From positions 1 to 52,813 of the forward strand of contig DATFZA010000814.1 in NCBI GenBank assembly GCA_035314765.1: 52,813 nucleotides of DNA, read 5' to 3'. This document shows, piece by piece, positions 8,966 to 19,407 of this stretch. The notes under the pieces are model-generated. The model was not told the origin of the DNA, searched no databases, and was given only the letters and a program-made list of their open reading frames with translations. The position numbers were made by a program, and so were the translations under genes. Source of the stretch: Bryobacteraceae bacterium (GTDB lineage Bacteria > Acidobacteriota > Terriglobia > Bryobacterales > Bryobacteraceae). Every line of letters begins with the position of its first letter. Position 1 is the stretch's first letter.

Positions 8966-11050
8966 GTGTCACTTTTCAGCACAGAAGACGTTTCGGAACT
9001 GGATCGATTCTGGAGGGAGATGGCGCCCGTTCCAGGCCGGATGGCGGGGAGTCTACGTTTCGCGCTGGCGGCGGCAGTGGCGACTCTGCTGCTGCTGATT
9101 CTACAACCTCCCGTGGGATTTATCGCGCCCTCGCTGTTCATGTTGTTTCTGGTCTCGCACGATTCCCCATACGCGTGCTTTAGAGATTGCCTCACGCTGC
9201 TCGGTGGCGCCGCACTGGGAACCGCAGCCGCGCTGCTGCTCATGGGCGCGAGCGGCGATCATCCGGTGGCACGAGTGGTGGGGCTGGCAGTATTTACCTT
9301 TATTGCGGCGTTTTTCTTCAGGACGAGCGCGATTCCGGCATTCCCGATGGCCTTCGGATGCTTGACGTACATGGTGATTTCGCTATGGGAGTATAAAATC
9401 CGGGCAGAGAGAATCCTACACCTTTCCTTGTGGCCCATGGGCACGGTGGCGACAGTCGCCTTGTCCGCCGTAGTAGTGGAGTACCTGTTTAATCGCAGCG
9501 ATCCCCTGGTCAGGTTACGTCGCGAGATCAAGGCCCGATGCGCCGCCCTCAATGGTCTGCTCCAGTTGTTCGGGGCCCGTGCCGAAGCCGGGGAAATCGA
9601 ACGCCAGTCCGCCATCGTGCGGCGCTACGCCGTCACCGGCAGGGGGCAGCTTCACGTACTTCTGGAGCGTATAGCAAAAGACAGGCTGTGCGACACAGGG
9701 GAATCGAGGCGTCTCAGCGCCCTAACGCTCGCTCTAGACCGGCTTCTGGTCCTAGGCGCGGGTATTGCAGTCACTCAGGATTTTGAACGAATGGATCCGG
9801 CGCGGCTGCAACGCATCGGGAAAGCGATCGTGGCCGCCGAAGAAGGCCGGCTAGAGGAAGTTCAGAGCACCCTCGGCGATTCGCCCATTGCAGGTTACAG
9901 CGAATGGGATCGTATCGAGCAGACGCTGCACAATCTGGCGGCTCCCACCGAGGCGAGCGAAGCGGGGCCCACGATTGAAACTCCGCAAGCCGCGCCTTCC
10001 GGCGGGTCCTGGAGGGACTCCCTCAAGCACCTGCTGCTTCCGGACGCGTTCACCAACTCCGACTATTTCATGTATGCGCTGAAACTGAGTTTGTGCGCGA
10101 CGATCTGCTATGTGATCTACAACGGACTCGGTTGGCCCGGGATCTCTACCGCGTTCTTCACCGTATACTTCACCGGCCTTAGTACCACCGGCACCAGCAA
10201 TCGCAAGCTACTCATCCGCATCATCGGTTCGACGGTCGGAGGGATGATTCTGGGGATCGGCTGCCTGGTTTTCGTATACCCGAACCTGGAGGGAGTCCAG
10301 GGGTTCCTTCTGGTCATCGCCGCGCTTTCATTCATTGGGGCATGGTGCGCGGCCAGTCCGTACTACGGGTACATCGGGCTGCAAATTGTCTTTTCCTTTA
10401 ACCTGCTCGCTTTTGAACGGCTTGGCGCTCCCAACCAGATGACCCCGGCGCGGGACCGGCTGCTCGGAATCGCACTGGGATTTCTCGTGATGTTTCTGAT
10501 CTTCCACCAGGTGCGGCCCGAGCGCACGGTGGACACCATGCGGCGGCTGCTGGCGCGGCTGCTTGGCGCGAGCGCCGAACTCGTTCGCTTGTTCGGTTTG
10601 GAGCCGGATAGCGCCGCGAGCGCGAAGATTGCCACAATGAGACAACAGATCACCGGCGTGGTATTGAATCTGCCGAACTTCGCGCATGCGGTCAAGTTCG
10701 AATTTCCGCCCGATCGCGCGGCGGATATGAGACTGAGCAACGAGATCCTGAAGGCCGTAACGACCGCGGGTGACCTTCTGTTTTGCGTGGGAACATGGCC
10801 GCAAAAAGCGGAAGGGAAGCGGGAAGCCGAGCACCTGAGGCAAATCCGCGATTCGGTCGAAAAGGGCCTGCGCGGGTTAGCTCGAAATTTAGAAGAAGGT
10901 CCGGAGCCTCAGGGGAACGGTCCGAGGAAAATCGAGGCTGCATCGGTGGAACAGCTCCGGAGCGAGAAGCCCTCCGCTGTGGCGAAGGCGATTGACAATT
11001 TTCGGGAGTTGCAGATGGCATGCGCCGCCATCGCAAGTGCGGCGGAGTAA
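8966..11050 (+). CDS. FUSC-family inner-membrane efflux protein (MdtO/AaeB-like)
   Basis: 694-aa ORF with a GTG start 5 nt after the MFP stop. Two multi-TM blocks are separated by a soluble region, and it sits in the operon with MFP and OMF genes. Confidence 0.8.
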   Translation: MSLFSTEDVSELDRFWREMAPVPGRMAGSLRFALAAAVATLLLLILQPPVGFIAPSLFMLFLVSHDSPYACFRDCLTLLGGAALGTAAALLLMGASGDHPVARVVGLAVFTFIAAFFFRTSAIPAFPMAFGCLTYMVISLWEYKIRAERILHLSLWPMGTVATVALSAVVVEYLFNRSDPLVRLRREIKARCAALNGLLQLFGARAEAGEIERQSAIVRRYAVTGRGQLHVLLERIAKDRLCDTGESRRLSALTLALDRLLVLGAGIAVTQDFERMDPARLQRIGKAIVAAEEGRLEEVQSTLGDSPIAGYSEWDRIEQTLHNLAAPTEASEAGPTIETPQAAPSGGSWRDSLKHLLLPDAFTNSDYFMYALKLSLCATICYVIYNGLGWPGISTAFFTVYFTGLSTTGTSNRKLLIRIIGSTVGGMILGIGCLVFVYPNLEGVQGFLLVIAALSFIGAWCAASPYYGYIGLQIVFSFNLLAFERLGAPNQMTPARDRLLGIALGFLVMFLIFHQVRPERTVDTMRRLLARLLGASAELVRLFGLEPDSAASAKIATMRQQITGVVLNLPNFAHAVKFEFPPDRAADMRLSNEILKAVTTAGDLLFCVGTWPQKAEGKREAEHLRQIRDSVEKGLRGLARNLEEGPEPQGNGPRKIEAASVEQLRSEKPSAVAKAIDNFRELQMACAAIASAAE

Positions 11051-11081
11051 CACCGGCCCGCACCCATAGACTGGAGAAGGT

Positions 11082-12665
11082 ATGAACGGCCCTGTGGAAA
11101 CCTCTTCGAATGTGGCGCGCGGCGCGTTCGCGTATCGCGACCTGGAGCGGGAACACGACCGGTTGCGGACGCTGTTCGATATCACCAATGCACTGGTGTC
11201 AAAACTGGGGCGGGACGAATTATTCTCCGCAATATCCGAACAGGTCTCGAACATCATTCGGCACGATTACGCGCTGCTGACGCTCTGCACGCAGACCGGA
11301 GGTCTGGACGTGTTCGCGCTGCACTGCACGCGCCCGGAGTTCCTGCATCTGCTGAAGGGACCGATTGAGTCTGAAGGAATGCCCTCGTCCGAGGTGCTGG
11401 CGACCGGGAAGGCCGTTGTGGTTCGCGATGCCGATATCGACCGCTTTCCCAATCCGCGTTTTGCGCGGTATGTGGAACTGGGAGTCAAGTCCGCTTGCCT
11501 CGTTCCTCTGACCGCGCGGGATCGCACGATCGGCACCCTGGACCTGGGTCGAATGACGGATGATCCCTGGACTCCCGACGACGTCGAGTTTCTCGTAGAG
11601 GTCGCAAAACAGGTTTCGCTGGCCGTGCAGAATGCACTCTCTTACAGAGAACTGGAGGAACTCAAGGATCGGCTGGCAACGGAGAAACTTAACCTGGAAG
11701 ACGAGATTCGCCTTGACCAAAACATCGGCAACATGGTGGGGGAGGCGCCGGCATTTCAAACCGTCCTGAAGAGCATTCAAATCGTGGCGCCGACGGACTC
11801 GACCGTTCTGATCACAGGCGAAACAGGCACGGGCAAGGAACTCGTCGCGCGGGCGATTCACGAATTAAGCGGCCGCGGCAAGGGCAGCTTCGTCAAGGTA
11901 AACTGCGCGGCCATTCCCGCCAGCCTGCTCGAAAGCGAATTGTTCGGGCACGAGAAGGGATCGTTTACCGGAGCGGTGGCGCAGAAGATCGGACGCTTTG
12001 AACTGGCGCATCAGGGAACGCTGTTCCTGGACGAAATCGGCGAAATGCCGCTGGAACTGCAACCGAAGCTCCTCCGGGCCATTCAGGACCAGGAGTTCGA
12101 GCGCGTTGGCGGCAGCCGCACGATCCGCACCGACGCCCGGCTCGTTGCCGCCACCAATCGGGACTTGAAGGCGATGGTGGAGGATAACAGGTTTCGCGCG
12201 GACCTCTACTACCGGCTGCATGTTTTTCCGGTGCATGTTCCGCCACTGCGGGAGCGCCGGGAAGACATACCGCTGCTGACGCGCTACTTCATCCAGAAAC
12301 ATGCGCAGCGTATGGGCCGCAATATCGATACGATCCCCTCGTCCGTCTTCGAGGTGCTGACGAATTACGACTGGCCGGGCAATATTCGGGAACTGCAGAA
12401 TGTGGTGGAGCGATCCGTAATCCTTACCAGGGGAAGCGTGCTTCAGGTGGCCATGCCCGAGTTGACCACCAAGCCAGGTGAAGTTAAATTGCGCGGCGGA
12501 GCGGCCAACTCGGATCGTGCCGAAAGGGAAAGGATTCTGAAAGCCCTGGAGGAAGCAAAGGGCAAAGTCGGAGGCCCGGGTGGCGCGGCGGCACGCCTGG
12601 GACTCAGACGGACGACGCTGCAGTCCCGGATGCGGAAATACAACATCTCACGCCAGTTTTGTTGA
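11082..12665 (+). CDS. sigma-54-dependent transcriptional activator with N-terminal GAF domain
   Basis: GAF-like N-terminus. AAA+ core with Walker A GETGTGKE, the GAFTGA-type loop [13 protein letters not shown] and [10 protein letters not shown]-terminal Fis-type HTH ([19 protein letters not shown]). Confidence 0.9.
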   Translation: MNGPVETSSNVARGAFAYRDLEREHDRLRTLFDITNALVSKLGRDELFSAISEQVSNIIRHDYALLTLCTQTGGLDVFALHCTRPEFLHLLKGPIESEGMPSSEVLATGKAVVVRDADIDRFPNPRFARYVELGVKSACLVPLTARDRTIGTLDLGRMTDDPWTPDDVEFLVEVAKQVSLAVQNALSYRELEELKDRLATEKLNLEDEIRLDQNIGNMVGEAPAFQTVLKSIQIVAPTDSTVLITGETGTGKELVARAIHELSGRGKGSFVKVNCAAIPASLLESELFGHEKGSFTGAVAQKIGRFELAHQGTLFLDEIGEMPLELQPKLLRAIQDQEFERVGGSRTIRTDARLVAATNRDLKAMVEDNRFRADLYYRLHVFPVHVPPLRERREDIPLLTRYFIQKHAQRMGRNIDTIPSSVFEVLTNYDWPGNIRELQNVVERSVILTRGSVLQVAMPELTTKPGEVKLRGGAANSDRAERERILKALEEAKGKVGGPGGAAARLGLRRTTLQSRMRKYNISRQFC

Positions 12666-13138
12666 GGGACAAGTGCCGCAGTCGTCCCTGGAAGCAAGCG
12701 CCGTCAAGTTGTCGTAAGATTCAATAGAGCTACGGCGCCGTGGGTCCACGGGACTGCGATCGTCCGAGGACCAGGAGCTCGAGGTTCAGGAGAAGCCGAA
12801 GTGCAGGGTCAGTGGGAGCCTCCGTATACTCTGCAAAGCAAGAGCTGAATACCGGATATGCCTCAATCCGAAATTGCAAACCAGAAGCTTGGGATTGGCG
12901 GTGGCACAAGTGAACACCTCGGGTATTGCCGCGAATGAGTCCGTAGCCCATCCGCTATTGAAGACTCTGCGAATATACGGAACAGCGGTTATCGCCGTCG
13001 TTGTCGCACTAGTACCGCGACCGCATGACCAAGTGCGCCTGCTCGAAGCATTCCCCAATTAGGGCCTTGCTTCCCTGACGTTCTTGCGAAAGTTTTCACG
13101 CGGTCAGGGACCTAGGCCTGGCATTATTCCTGCAGCAT

Positions 13139-13489
13139 TTGCAGTTCCGGGACATCGCTGTGCCGCTGCTGCTGTTTGCGATCGCCATAGCATCCTGGTA
13201 CGGAGGCCGGGGGCCTTCGGCTTTGGCGGCTATTCTAAGCATTAGCAGCTTCTACTGGTACTTCGTGGAGCCGGTCCGCACGATTGAGACTTACCCTTCC
13301 CAGATCCCCTACTTCATCGTTTTTGCAGCATTTGCTTCGCTGTTGTCGTGGTTCGCCACGACCCGGCGGCGTGCCGAGGCGGTTCTACGGGAGCGGGCAA
13401 ACCTGCTCGATCTCACGCACGACAGCGTTTTTGTGATGGATATGGAGGGGGTGATCCAGTACTGGAACCGCGGCGCCGGGGAACGGTAG
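13139..13489 (+). pseudogene. sensor histidine kinase fragment (DUF4118-like TM region plus start of PAS), truncated
   Basis: Only a TTG start is available. Membrane region ASWYGGRGPSALAAILSISSFYWYFVEP, then LLDLTHDSVFVMDMEGVIQYWNRGAGER followed by a stop. No kinase core follows. Confidence 0.55.
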
Positions 13490-13494
13490 TGCCT

Positions 13495-13809
13495 TCGCTC
13501 GGAGTTCCGCGAGCGGTGGCTCCGATGCTGGTGGCGGCGTTGGGGGTCTATCGCGCGCCGGCGCCATACCTGATCCTGGTGGCAGTGGTGGCGCTGTTTC
13601 ATCTTCTGGCGATCAACCTGCTCTACCCCAAGATCGTCGGCCGGCGGGTGCATCTGAACCCTGTGGTGGTAGCGATCGCGATGATGTTCTGGGGCGTGTT
13701 ATGGGGGGCCGCCGGCCTGATCCTCGCAATCCCTCTGACGGCCGGGATCAAGGCAGTCTGCGAGCATGTGAAAACCCTGGAGCGTTACGCGCGACTGCTG
13801 GGGGATTGA
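13495..13809 (+). pseudogene. AI-2E (PerM/YhhT-like) transporter C-terminal fragment
   Basis: Different frame from the kinase fragment. LILVAVVALFHLLAINLLYPKIVGRRVHLNPVVVAIAMMFWGVLWGAAGLILAIPLTAGIK looks like the last TM helices of AI-2E transporters. No matching N-terminal half is present. Confidence 0.5.
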
Positions 13810-14661
13810 TCATTGCGGCGGTACACAGGCAATATTATCGATCAGCCGCGTAGCGCCGACCCACATGGCTGCCGCCGCACGCACCGGCCTATCGATTACG
13901 TCGACTGGGGTAAGAGTCTCCGGATCGACCAAGTCGAAATACTCCAAACGAATCTCAGGGACATCCAGCAGTACCATCTCCGCTTGGCGTTTAACGGCAG
14001 CCGGGCTCGTCTCTCCGCAGACGATCGCATCCCGGGCTACGATCAATGCGCCGTATAAGCGGGCAGCGAGCGAACGCTCCCTCTGGTTTAAACGCCGGTT
14101 TCGGGAACTCATCGCCAGTCCATCAGCTTCCCGCATGGTAGGCACGCCCACCACTTCGAGCGCCATGTTGAGATCACGCACGAGCCGCCGCACAATTGCC
14201 AACTGCTGGTAGTCTTTTTCGCCGAAAAACGCATAAGCAGGCCGTAGGATATGGAAGAGCTTCAAGACCACCGTCGCTACACCACGAAAGTGTCCGGGGC
14301 GATACCGGCCGCACAGGTGTTCCGAAAGTCCCTCGACTTCCACGAAGACATGCTGCGGATGCGGATACAGGTCGCTGACAGAAGGCGCGAATACATAGTC
14401 CACGCCTCTGGCTTCGCAGAATGCGAGGTCTTCAGCGAGAGTTCTCGGATAAAGGTCGAAATCGCTTGCCTGATTGAACTGGAGGGGATTCACGAAAATA
14501 CTGGCGGCCACCACCGAGCATCGACGGCGCGCTTCCTCCAGTAGAGCGCCGTGGCCGTCGTGAAGTGCCCCCATCGTGGGCACCAATCCCAATACGTGGC
14601 CCGCCGGGAGGCCCGCGGCCACAGTGTTCCATTCAGCGATACGGCGAATAATCGTGGTCAT
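13810..14661 (-). CDS. panC: pantoate--beta-alanine ligase
   Basis: 283-aa ORF. LVPTMGALHDGHGALL (HIGH-type motif) and GEKDYQQL. Overlaps panB by 4 nt. Confidence 0.92.
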   Translation of the reverse strand: MTTIIRRIAEWNTVAAGLPAGHVLGLVPTMGALHDGHGALLEEARRRCSVVAASIFVNPLQFNQASDFDLYPRTLAEDLAFCEARGVDYVFAPSVSDLYPHPQHVFVEVEGLSEHLCGRYRPGHFRGVATVVLKLFHILRPAYAFFGEKDYQQLAIVRRLVRDLNMALEVVGVPTMREADGLAMSSRNRRLNQRERSLAARLYGALIVARDAIVCGETSPAAVKRQAEMVLLDVPEIRLEYFDLVDPETLTPVDVIDRPVRAAAAMWVGATRLIDNIACVPPQ

Positions 14662-15497
14662 ATTATCGCGGCGGCCGGCGGCTTTTCCGGATGGGACTCG
14701 GACACTTCCGGGTATAGGCCGCGGCGCACTTCGTCCGCGTAAGTTCTGGTCGCCCGCAGAATATCGTCTCCGAGGCGGGCATATTGCTTGACAAACGGCG
14801 GGACCCCAGCTTCATAGAGCCCCAGGAGATCGTAGCTGACCAGCACCTGACCGTCGCAATGCGGTCCCGCTCCTATGCCAATTGTCGGAATACAAAGTCG
14901 CGCGGTCACGGCCTCTGCCACGCTGTCCGGAATCGCCTCGAGGACAATTGCGAATGCTCCTGCCTCTTCCAGGGCCATTGCGTCGCGAAGCAGTTCCTGC
15001 GCTGCTTGCTCGTCGCGCGCCTGACGCCGCATTCCGCCCAGCCGATGCACGTGCTGGGGCGTCAAGCCGACATGACCCATCACAGGCAGACCGGCCGCGG
15101 TGAGCCGGCGCACCGTTTCGGCGACCGCCGATCCTCCCTCGATCTTGACCGCCGCGGCGCCGCCTTCCTGAAAAAGCTTCGCCGCATTGCGCATCGCTTG
15201 TTCCGCCGAAACCTGGTACGTGAGAAAGGGCATGTCGGCCACTACGAGCGCGCGGCTCGCGCCCCGTGTCACTGCCCGAGTATGGTGAATCACGGCATCG
15301 AGAGTGACGTGAATCGTGGTGTTCAGTCCCAAAATCACGTGCCCAAGTGAGTCGCCAACCAGCAAGATGTCCACATTTGCCTGATCAAACAGCCGGGCCA
15401 TGGTGGCGTCGTAGGCGGTGAGCATGACGATGCGTTGACCTCGCTGTTTCATAGATGCGAGGTCGGGCACCCGAATCTTCTTCGGCATGACATTCAT
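14658..15497 (-). CDS. panB: 3-methyl-2-oxobutanoate hydroxymethyltransferase
   Basis: 279-aa ORF. MLTAYDATMARL, LLVGDSLG and VKIEGG motifs. 4-nt overlaps on both sides. Confidence 0.92.
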   Translation of the reverse strand: MNVMPKKIRVPDLASMKQRGQRIVMLTAYDATMARLFDQANVDILLVGDSLGHVILGLNTTIHVTLDAVIHHTRAVTRGASRALVVADMPFLTYQVSAEQAMRNAAKLFQEGGAAAVKIEGGSAVAETVRRLTAAGLPVMGHVGLTPQHVHRLGGMRRQARDEQAAQELLRDAMALEEAGAFAIVLEAIPDSVAEAVTARLCIPTIGIGAGPHCDGQVLVSYDLLGLYEAGVPPFVKQYARLGDDILRATRTYADEVRRGLYPEVSESHPEKPPAAAII

Positions 15498-16381
15498 TGC
15501 GCTAAAAGAATTCCCTCTATTTGTGCTGCTTCCGACTCCGGCAATCCACGCCGCCTAGCCATTTCGGCCGCCAGCCGTCCCGCTGAGCAATACAGGCTTT
15601 CCACCGCACCCGGCTGCTTTTTCAACTCGTTCAGATGAGTGATCACAGTCGCGAGATCGCCTCTTTGAATCGGACCGGTTAAGGCCTTAATCGGTCCCAC
15701 TTGAAAACAGTTCTCCACCGAGGTGCGAACGAGAGGCGCCAAGGCATTCAGCGCCGTCAGGTTCTCGATGCCGGCCGCCTGCAACAGTTCCACGGCCGAA
15801 TGCACAAGAGCTGCGACATAGTTGCCTGCCATCACGCTGGCTGCGTGATACAAGCATCGATTTTCGGGAGAAACCCGGATACTTCGGCCACGCAGAAGCC
15901 AAACGAGCACGGAAGCCCACTGGAGCGCCGCGGAGTCTCCATCGATCGCGAAAAACGACCCGGGCAGACTGGTCAGGCCTTGTTCCGGTGTGGCGAATGA
16001 CTGCATGGGATGCAAGGAGCCGCAGTGCACGCCGCGCCTGGCAAGAACGTTCAGAAGCTCGGGGCCTTTCGCACCGCACGTGTGCAGCGCAATGCCGTGA
16101 CGGAATCCGGATCGAGCCAGGAGCCCGGCGACTGGCTCGACGGCCGCATCCGAGACAGCGATCAGAATGTGGGAGGCAATGGAGGGGAGGTCTTGAATCT
16201 TTACAGGCGTGGTGCACGGGTTGAGGAAACTCGCGGCTTGGGCCGTTCGTTCCGGATTCCGGCCCCCAATCGCCATCACGGGCTGGCCGCGTTCGATGAG
16301 GAACCGTCCCAGCGCCTTTGCGACCCTGCCGGTGCCCGCGATTCCGATGTAACCAAAACGTCTAGTACCAGCTTTTGTCAC
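15494..16381 (-). CDS. Rossmann-fold / DUF2520-like oxidoreductase, candidate ketopantoate reductase (PanG-like)
   Basis: N-terminal GIAGTGRVAKALG dinucleotide-binding loop. Length and context (translationally coupled between ribBA and panB) match the DUF2520 class. Confidence 0.65.
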   Translation of the reverse strand: MTKAGTRRFGYIGIAGTGRVAKALGRFLIERGQPVMAIGGRNPERTAQAASFLNPCTTPVKIQDLPSIASHILIAVSDAAVEPVAGLLARSGFRHGIALHTCGAKGPELLNVLARRGVHCGSLHPMQSFATPEQGLTSLPGSFFAIDGDSAALQWASVLVWLLRGRSIRVSPENRCLYHAASVMAGNYVAALVHSAVELLQAAGIENLTALNALAPLVRTSVENCFQVGPIKALTGPIQRGDLATVITHLNELKKQPGAVESLYCSAGRLAAEMARRRGLPESEAAQIEGILLAQ

Positions 16382-17558
16382 GAGTCAGGCGCCTTTCACG
16401 CCATGTCTCTCCGAACGTGAATTGACCCTCGCCAATGGGAACATGCTGTGCGATTTCAATGCCATAGCCTTCGAGAGCCGCTACCGGGCGGGGGTGGTTC
16501 GTGAGTAGCCGGATTCGGCGCAGGTTCAAATCGCGCAGAATCTGTGCACCCACTCCGATCTCACGTTGGACTTGACGATCGCGGTCCAGTTGCGAAATGC
16601 TTTTCGGATCCGGATGCAGCCCCAGCAAGCCCGCGGCGCCGGTTGCATTCCGGTGGAGGTAAACGACCACGCCAGTGCCCTCCGCCGCTATGCGGTCCAG
16701 CGAACGCCGAAGGTTGACGGAACACTCGCAGGTGTTTGCGCCGAAAACGTCGCCGGAGATGCAGGACTTATGCATCCGCACAAGTGCGGGTTGGCCGCCA
16801 TCCTCGGTATTACCGAGGACCATCGCAAGATGGGATTCACCATCGATTTCGGACCTGTACGCCAGCATGCGGAATGTGCCGCGATCCGTGGGAACCAGCG
16901 CCTCTCCAACGCGCTCGACGCAGCGTTCATGCGCCATCCGATATCGGACCAGCTCGGCCACGGTGAGCATCTTCAAGTCATGCAAACCGCAGAAGTGGAT
17001 CAGTTCGGGCACCCTGGCCATCGTGCCGTCCTGGTTCATGATTTCGCAGATCACCGCTGCCGGGGTGAGACCTGCCAGGCGGGCCAAGTCCACTGAGGCT
17101 TCGGTTTGACCGGCGCGCACCAGCACTCCGCCTTTTCTCGCACGTAAAGGGAAAATGTGTCCCGGCCGGGCCAGGTCCTGCGGGCGAGTCAGCGGATCGA
17201 TGGCGGCGAGAATCGTCTGGGCGCGATCGAATGCTGAAATGCCGGTGGTGACTCCCCGTCCCATCGCATCGATGGACTCGGTGAATGCCGTTCCGTATTG
17301 AGACGTGTTCCGCGCCGTCATCGGTCCAAGTTCGAGGGAATCGGCTCGTTCCCCCGGCATCGCGAGGCATATAAGCCCACGGCCGTAAGTCGCCATAAAG
17401 TTGATGGCTTCGGGCGTTACCTTCTCGGCTGCGAGCGTCAGGTCGCCTTCGTTTTCGCGATCGGCGTCGTCCACCAGGACTACCATCCGCCCCACTCGCA
17501 TTTCTCGCACGGCTGTTTCTATGTCGATGAATGGCGTCTGTACTGGCATCTCATGCAA
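16362..17558 (-). CDS. ribBA: bifunctional 3,4-dihydroxy-2-butanone-4-phosphate synthase / GTP cyclohydrolase II
   Basis: 398-aa ORF. DHBP synthase motifs ([17 protein letters not shown]) followed by a GCH-II region ([14 protein letters not shown]). Confidence 0.92.
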   Translation of the reverse strand: MHEMPVQTPFIDIETAVREMRVGRMVVLVDDADRENEGDLTLAAEKVTPEAINFMATYGRGLICLAMPGERADSLELGPMTARNTSQYGTAFTESIDAMGRGVTTGISAFDRAQTILAAIDPLTRPQDLARPGHIFPLRARKGGVLVRAGQTEASVDLARLAGLTPAAVICEIMNQDGTMARVPELIHFCGLHDLKMLTVAELVRYRMAHERCVERVGEALVPTDRGTFRMLAYRSEIDGESHLAMVLGNTEDGGQPALVRMHKSCISGDVFGANTCECSVNLRRSLDRIAAEGTGVVVYLHRNATGAAGLLGLHPDPKSISQLDRDRQVQREIGVGAQILRDLNLRRIRLLTNHPRPVAALEGYGIEIAQHVPIGEGQFTFGETWRERRLTRDKSWY

Positions 17559-17585
17559 CCTCGGGAATGTTCGCCAATGTCGATG

Positions 17586-17804
17586 CTAAGAGGTGGCTGC
17601 ACCTTTCCCTCTTCGTTTCCAGGTAATGCCGCGCAAAGGGCGGAGCGTCAACCTCACAGGGAATTCGTTCGACCACGCGAATGCCGGCTCTCTCGAGTGC
17701 GCGGCGGATGCCTCTCGGATCTCGCATTCGAAGTCGGCAATTGCCTCCCGTATCAATTCCCTGTTTGCAGCATGATCGTCGACGATGAGAATTGTCTTGG
17801 ACAT
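17586..17804 (-). pseudogene. response-regulator receiver fragment
   Basis: MSKTILIVDDHAANRELIREAI is a typical receiver start, but the remaining 50 aa have no receiver features and no output domain follows. Confidence 0.3.
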
Positions 17805-18204
17805 AGAACCCTTTCACGTTGCTCCTTCCTGGGCCTGGTTCAGCTTGACGGAGATGCAACCGTCATGCCGGGCACGCCGCCTGGCGTGATTTCCCGATAA
17901 GGCGATACGTCATAAGACGATCTTGTTGGCTGCCTGCGATTCTCTGGAGCGTGCGCTTGTCAACTGCCATGTCACGTGCCGATGACGCCTCGGCGCGTGC
18001 CGAAGAGGGCAGGTCAGCGTTCATTCGCAGTGAGGGAACCAGGCTGACCGATAGCGCCCGAGTGGCGCGGGCAAAGGGACGGAATCCACTCCTCCATATC
18101 TCTGGGAAGCTGTTAATGCCCGATCTTTCAAGTGAAAACGGCTGAGTCCACATGTCCGATTGCGGAAGTGAGTGGATCAAAGTGGTCGTCGAATTGCTTT
18201 GCTA

Positions 18205-18362
18205 TGTGCGGAGCGGAGCTGTTTACGAAAATGCCCGCCAGGGGCATTCTACCGTTCCGCACCCGACCGACGGTAGCGGCGCCGTGGGGTCTAGCCATCA
18301 CCGAAGGGACGGCCGGCGCAGATGTCGCCTGGGAAATCCGCCAGGCGTGGCGGGAGTGATCG
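18205..18362 (+). pseudogene. relic of a second [NiFe]-hydrogenase small-subunit 5' end (Tat signal region)
   Basis: Translation ...RPTVAAPWGLAITEGTAGADVAWEIRQAWRE* aligns with HybO residues LMVAAPWGLAITEKATAAEVAREIGQVRRP, roughly 70% DNA identity by eye. It ends 1 nt before the hypA ATG. Confidence 0.55.
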
Positions 18363-18363
18363 C

Positions 18364-18717
18364 ATGCACGAACTGGGTGTAGTGGAGGGGATCCGCGAGA
18401 TTGCGCTGAGTCACGCCCGCTCGGCGGGCGCATCGCGCATTCTCTCGGTTCGGGTGGCAATCGCCAAATCTTCGAGGTATCTCGAGGATGCCCTGGCGAT
18501 GTTTTGGGATGAAGTCTGCGGGACTTCGGAAGCCTCCGGCGCGCAGATCGAGTTTGTCCATGTCCCTGGGGAGTGGCTGTGTCTGGCATGCTCGAAGAGC
18601 TTCGCGGGCGGCCGAGAAGTCTGCCGATGTCCCGAGTGTGGCAGCCAATGGGTGAAGCCCGTCGACGCCCCGGAATGCTACGTGGAGTCGATTGAGGTAG
18701 AGACCGGTGCAGGTTGA
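18364..18717 (+). CDS. hypA: hydrogenase nickel incorporation protein HypA
   Basis: Start trimmed to ATG 18364. N-terminal MHE nickel motif and CLAC...CPEC zinc motif. Confidence 0.9.
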   Translation: MHELGVVEGIREIALSHARSAGASRILSVRVAIAKSSRYLEDALAMFWDEVCGTSEASGAQIEFVHVPGEWLCLACSKSFAGGREVCRCPECGSQWVKPVDAPECYVESIEVETGAG

Positions 18718-19396
18718 AATGACCGTCAAGACGATTCATGTTGCTCAGAATGCGCTGAACGCGAACCGCGAAATCGCCCTACAGAACCGCGCGGCGTTGG
18801 ATTCCGCCGGGGTGGTGGCGGTAAACCTGATGGCCTCTCCGGGCGCAGGCAAGACTTCGCTGATCGAGAGGACCATCGAGGAACTTAAGGGCCAAATACG
18901 CATCGGCATGATCAACAGCGACACAAGCCCGGCGGTGATGGACGCCGAACGCGCCGAGAGGGCGGGCGCTGTCGCGGTGCATCTGAATACCGCCGACAGA
19001 TGCCATCTCGACGCGGGCATGATACGGGACGCGATCGCTTGCTTGCCGTTGCGGGAGATCGACCTCCTGTTTGTCGAGAACATCGGCAATCTGGTTTGCC
19101 CCGCGGCCTGGCAACTGGGCACGCATTTGAGCGTGCTCATCGCTTCGACGCCGGAAGGCGACGATAAGCCGTACAAGTACCCGAGAATGTATAGCGGCGC
19201 GGAGGCCCTCGTGATCAATAAGATCGACCTGCTGCCCTATGTAACTTTCAACGTCGACTACTTCAGGCGGGGCGTTGAGGCCTTGAATCAAGGACTGAGG
19301 ACGTTTGCGCTCTCATGCCGATCCGGTGCGGGCCTGATCCCCTGGTTTGATTGGATTGCGTTCCTAGCCGCTCGCGAGACAACCGTATTGCAGTGA
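18707..19396 (+). CDS. hypB: hydrogenase nickel-insertion GTPase HypB
   Basis: GTG 18707 (GAGGTAG SD). ATG 18719 is an alternative start. P-loop SPGAGKTSLI, plus ENIGNLVCP and NKIDL. Confidence 0.9.
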   Translation: MQVEMTVKTIHVAQNALNANREIALQNRAALDSAGVVAVNLMASPGAGKTSLIERTIEELKGQIRIGMINSDTSPAVMDAERAERAGAVAVHLNTADRCHLDAGMIRDAIACLPLREIDLLFVENIGNLVCPAAWQLGTHLSVLIASTPEGDDKPYKYPRMYSGAEALVINKIDLLPYVTFNVDYFRRGVEALNQGLRTFALSCRSGAGLIPWFDWIAFLAARETTVLQ

Positions 19397-19407
19397 GGAA
19401 TAAATAT

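Noticed and set aside
17559-17800. Possible FMN (RFN) riboswitch upstream of ribBA.
   Set aside because: Only vague resemblance (GAATTCCCTG, CCTGGAAACGAAGAGGGAAAGG). The conserved ACCGGCGGT and GCCGACAG cores are absent.
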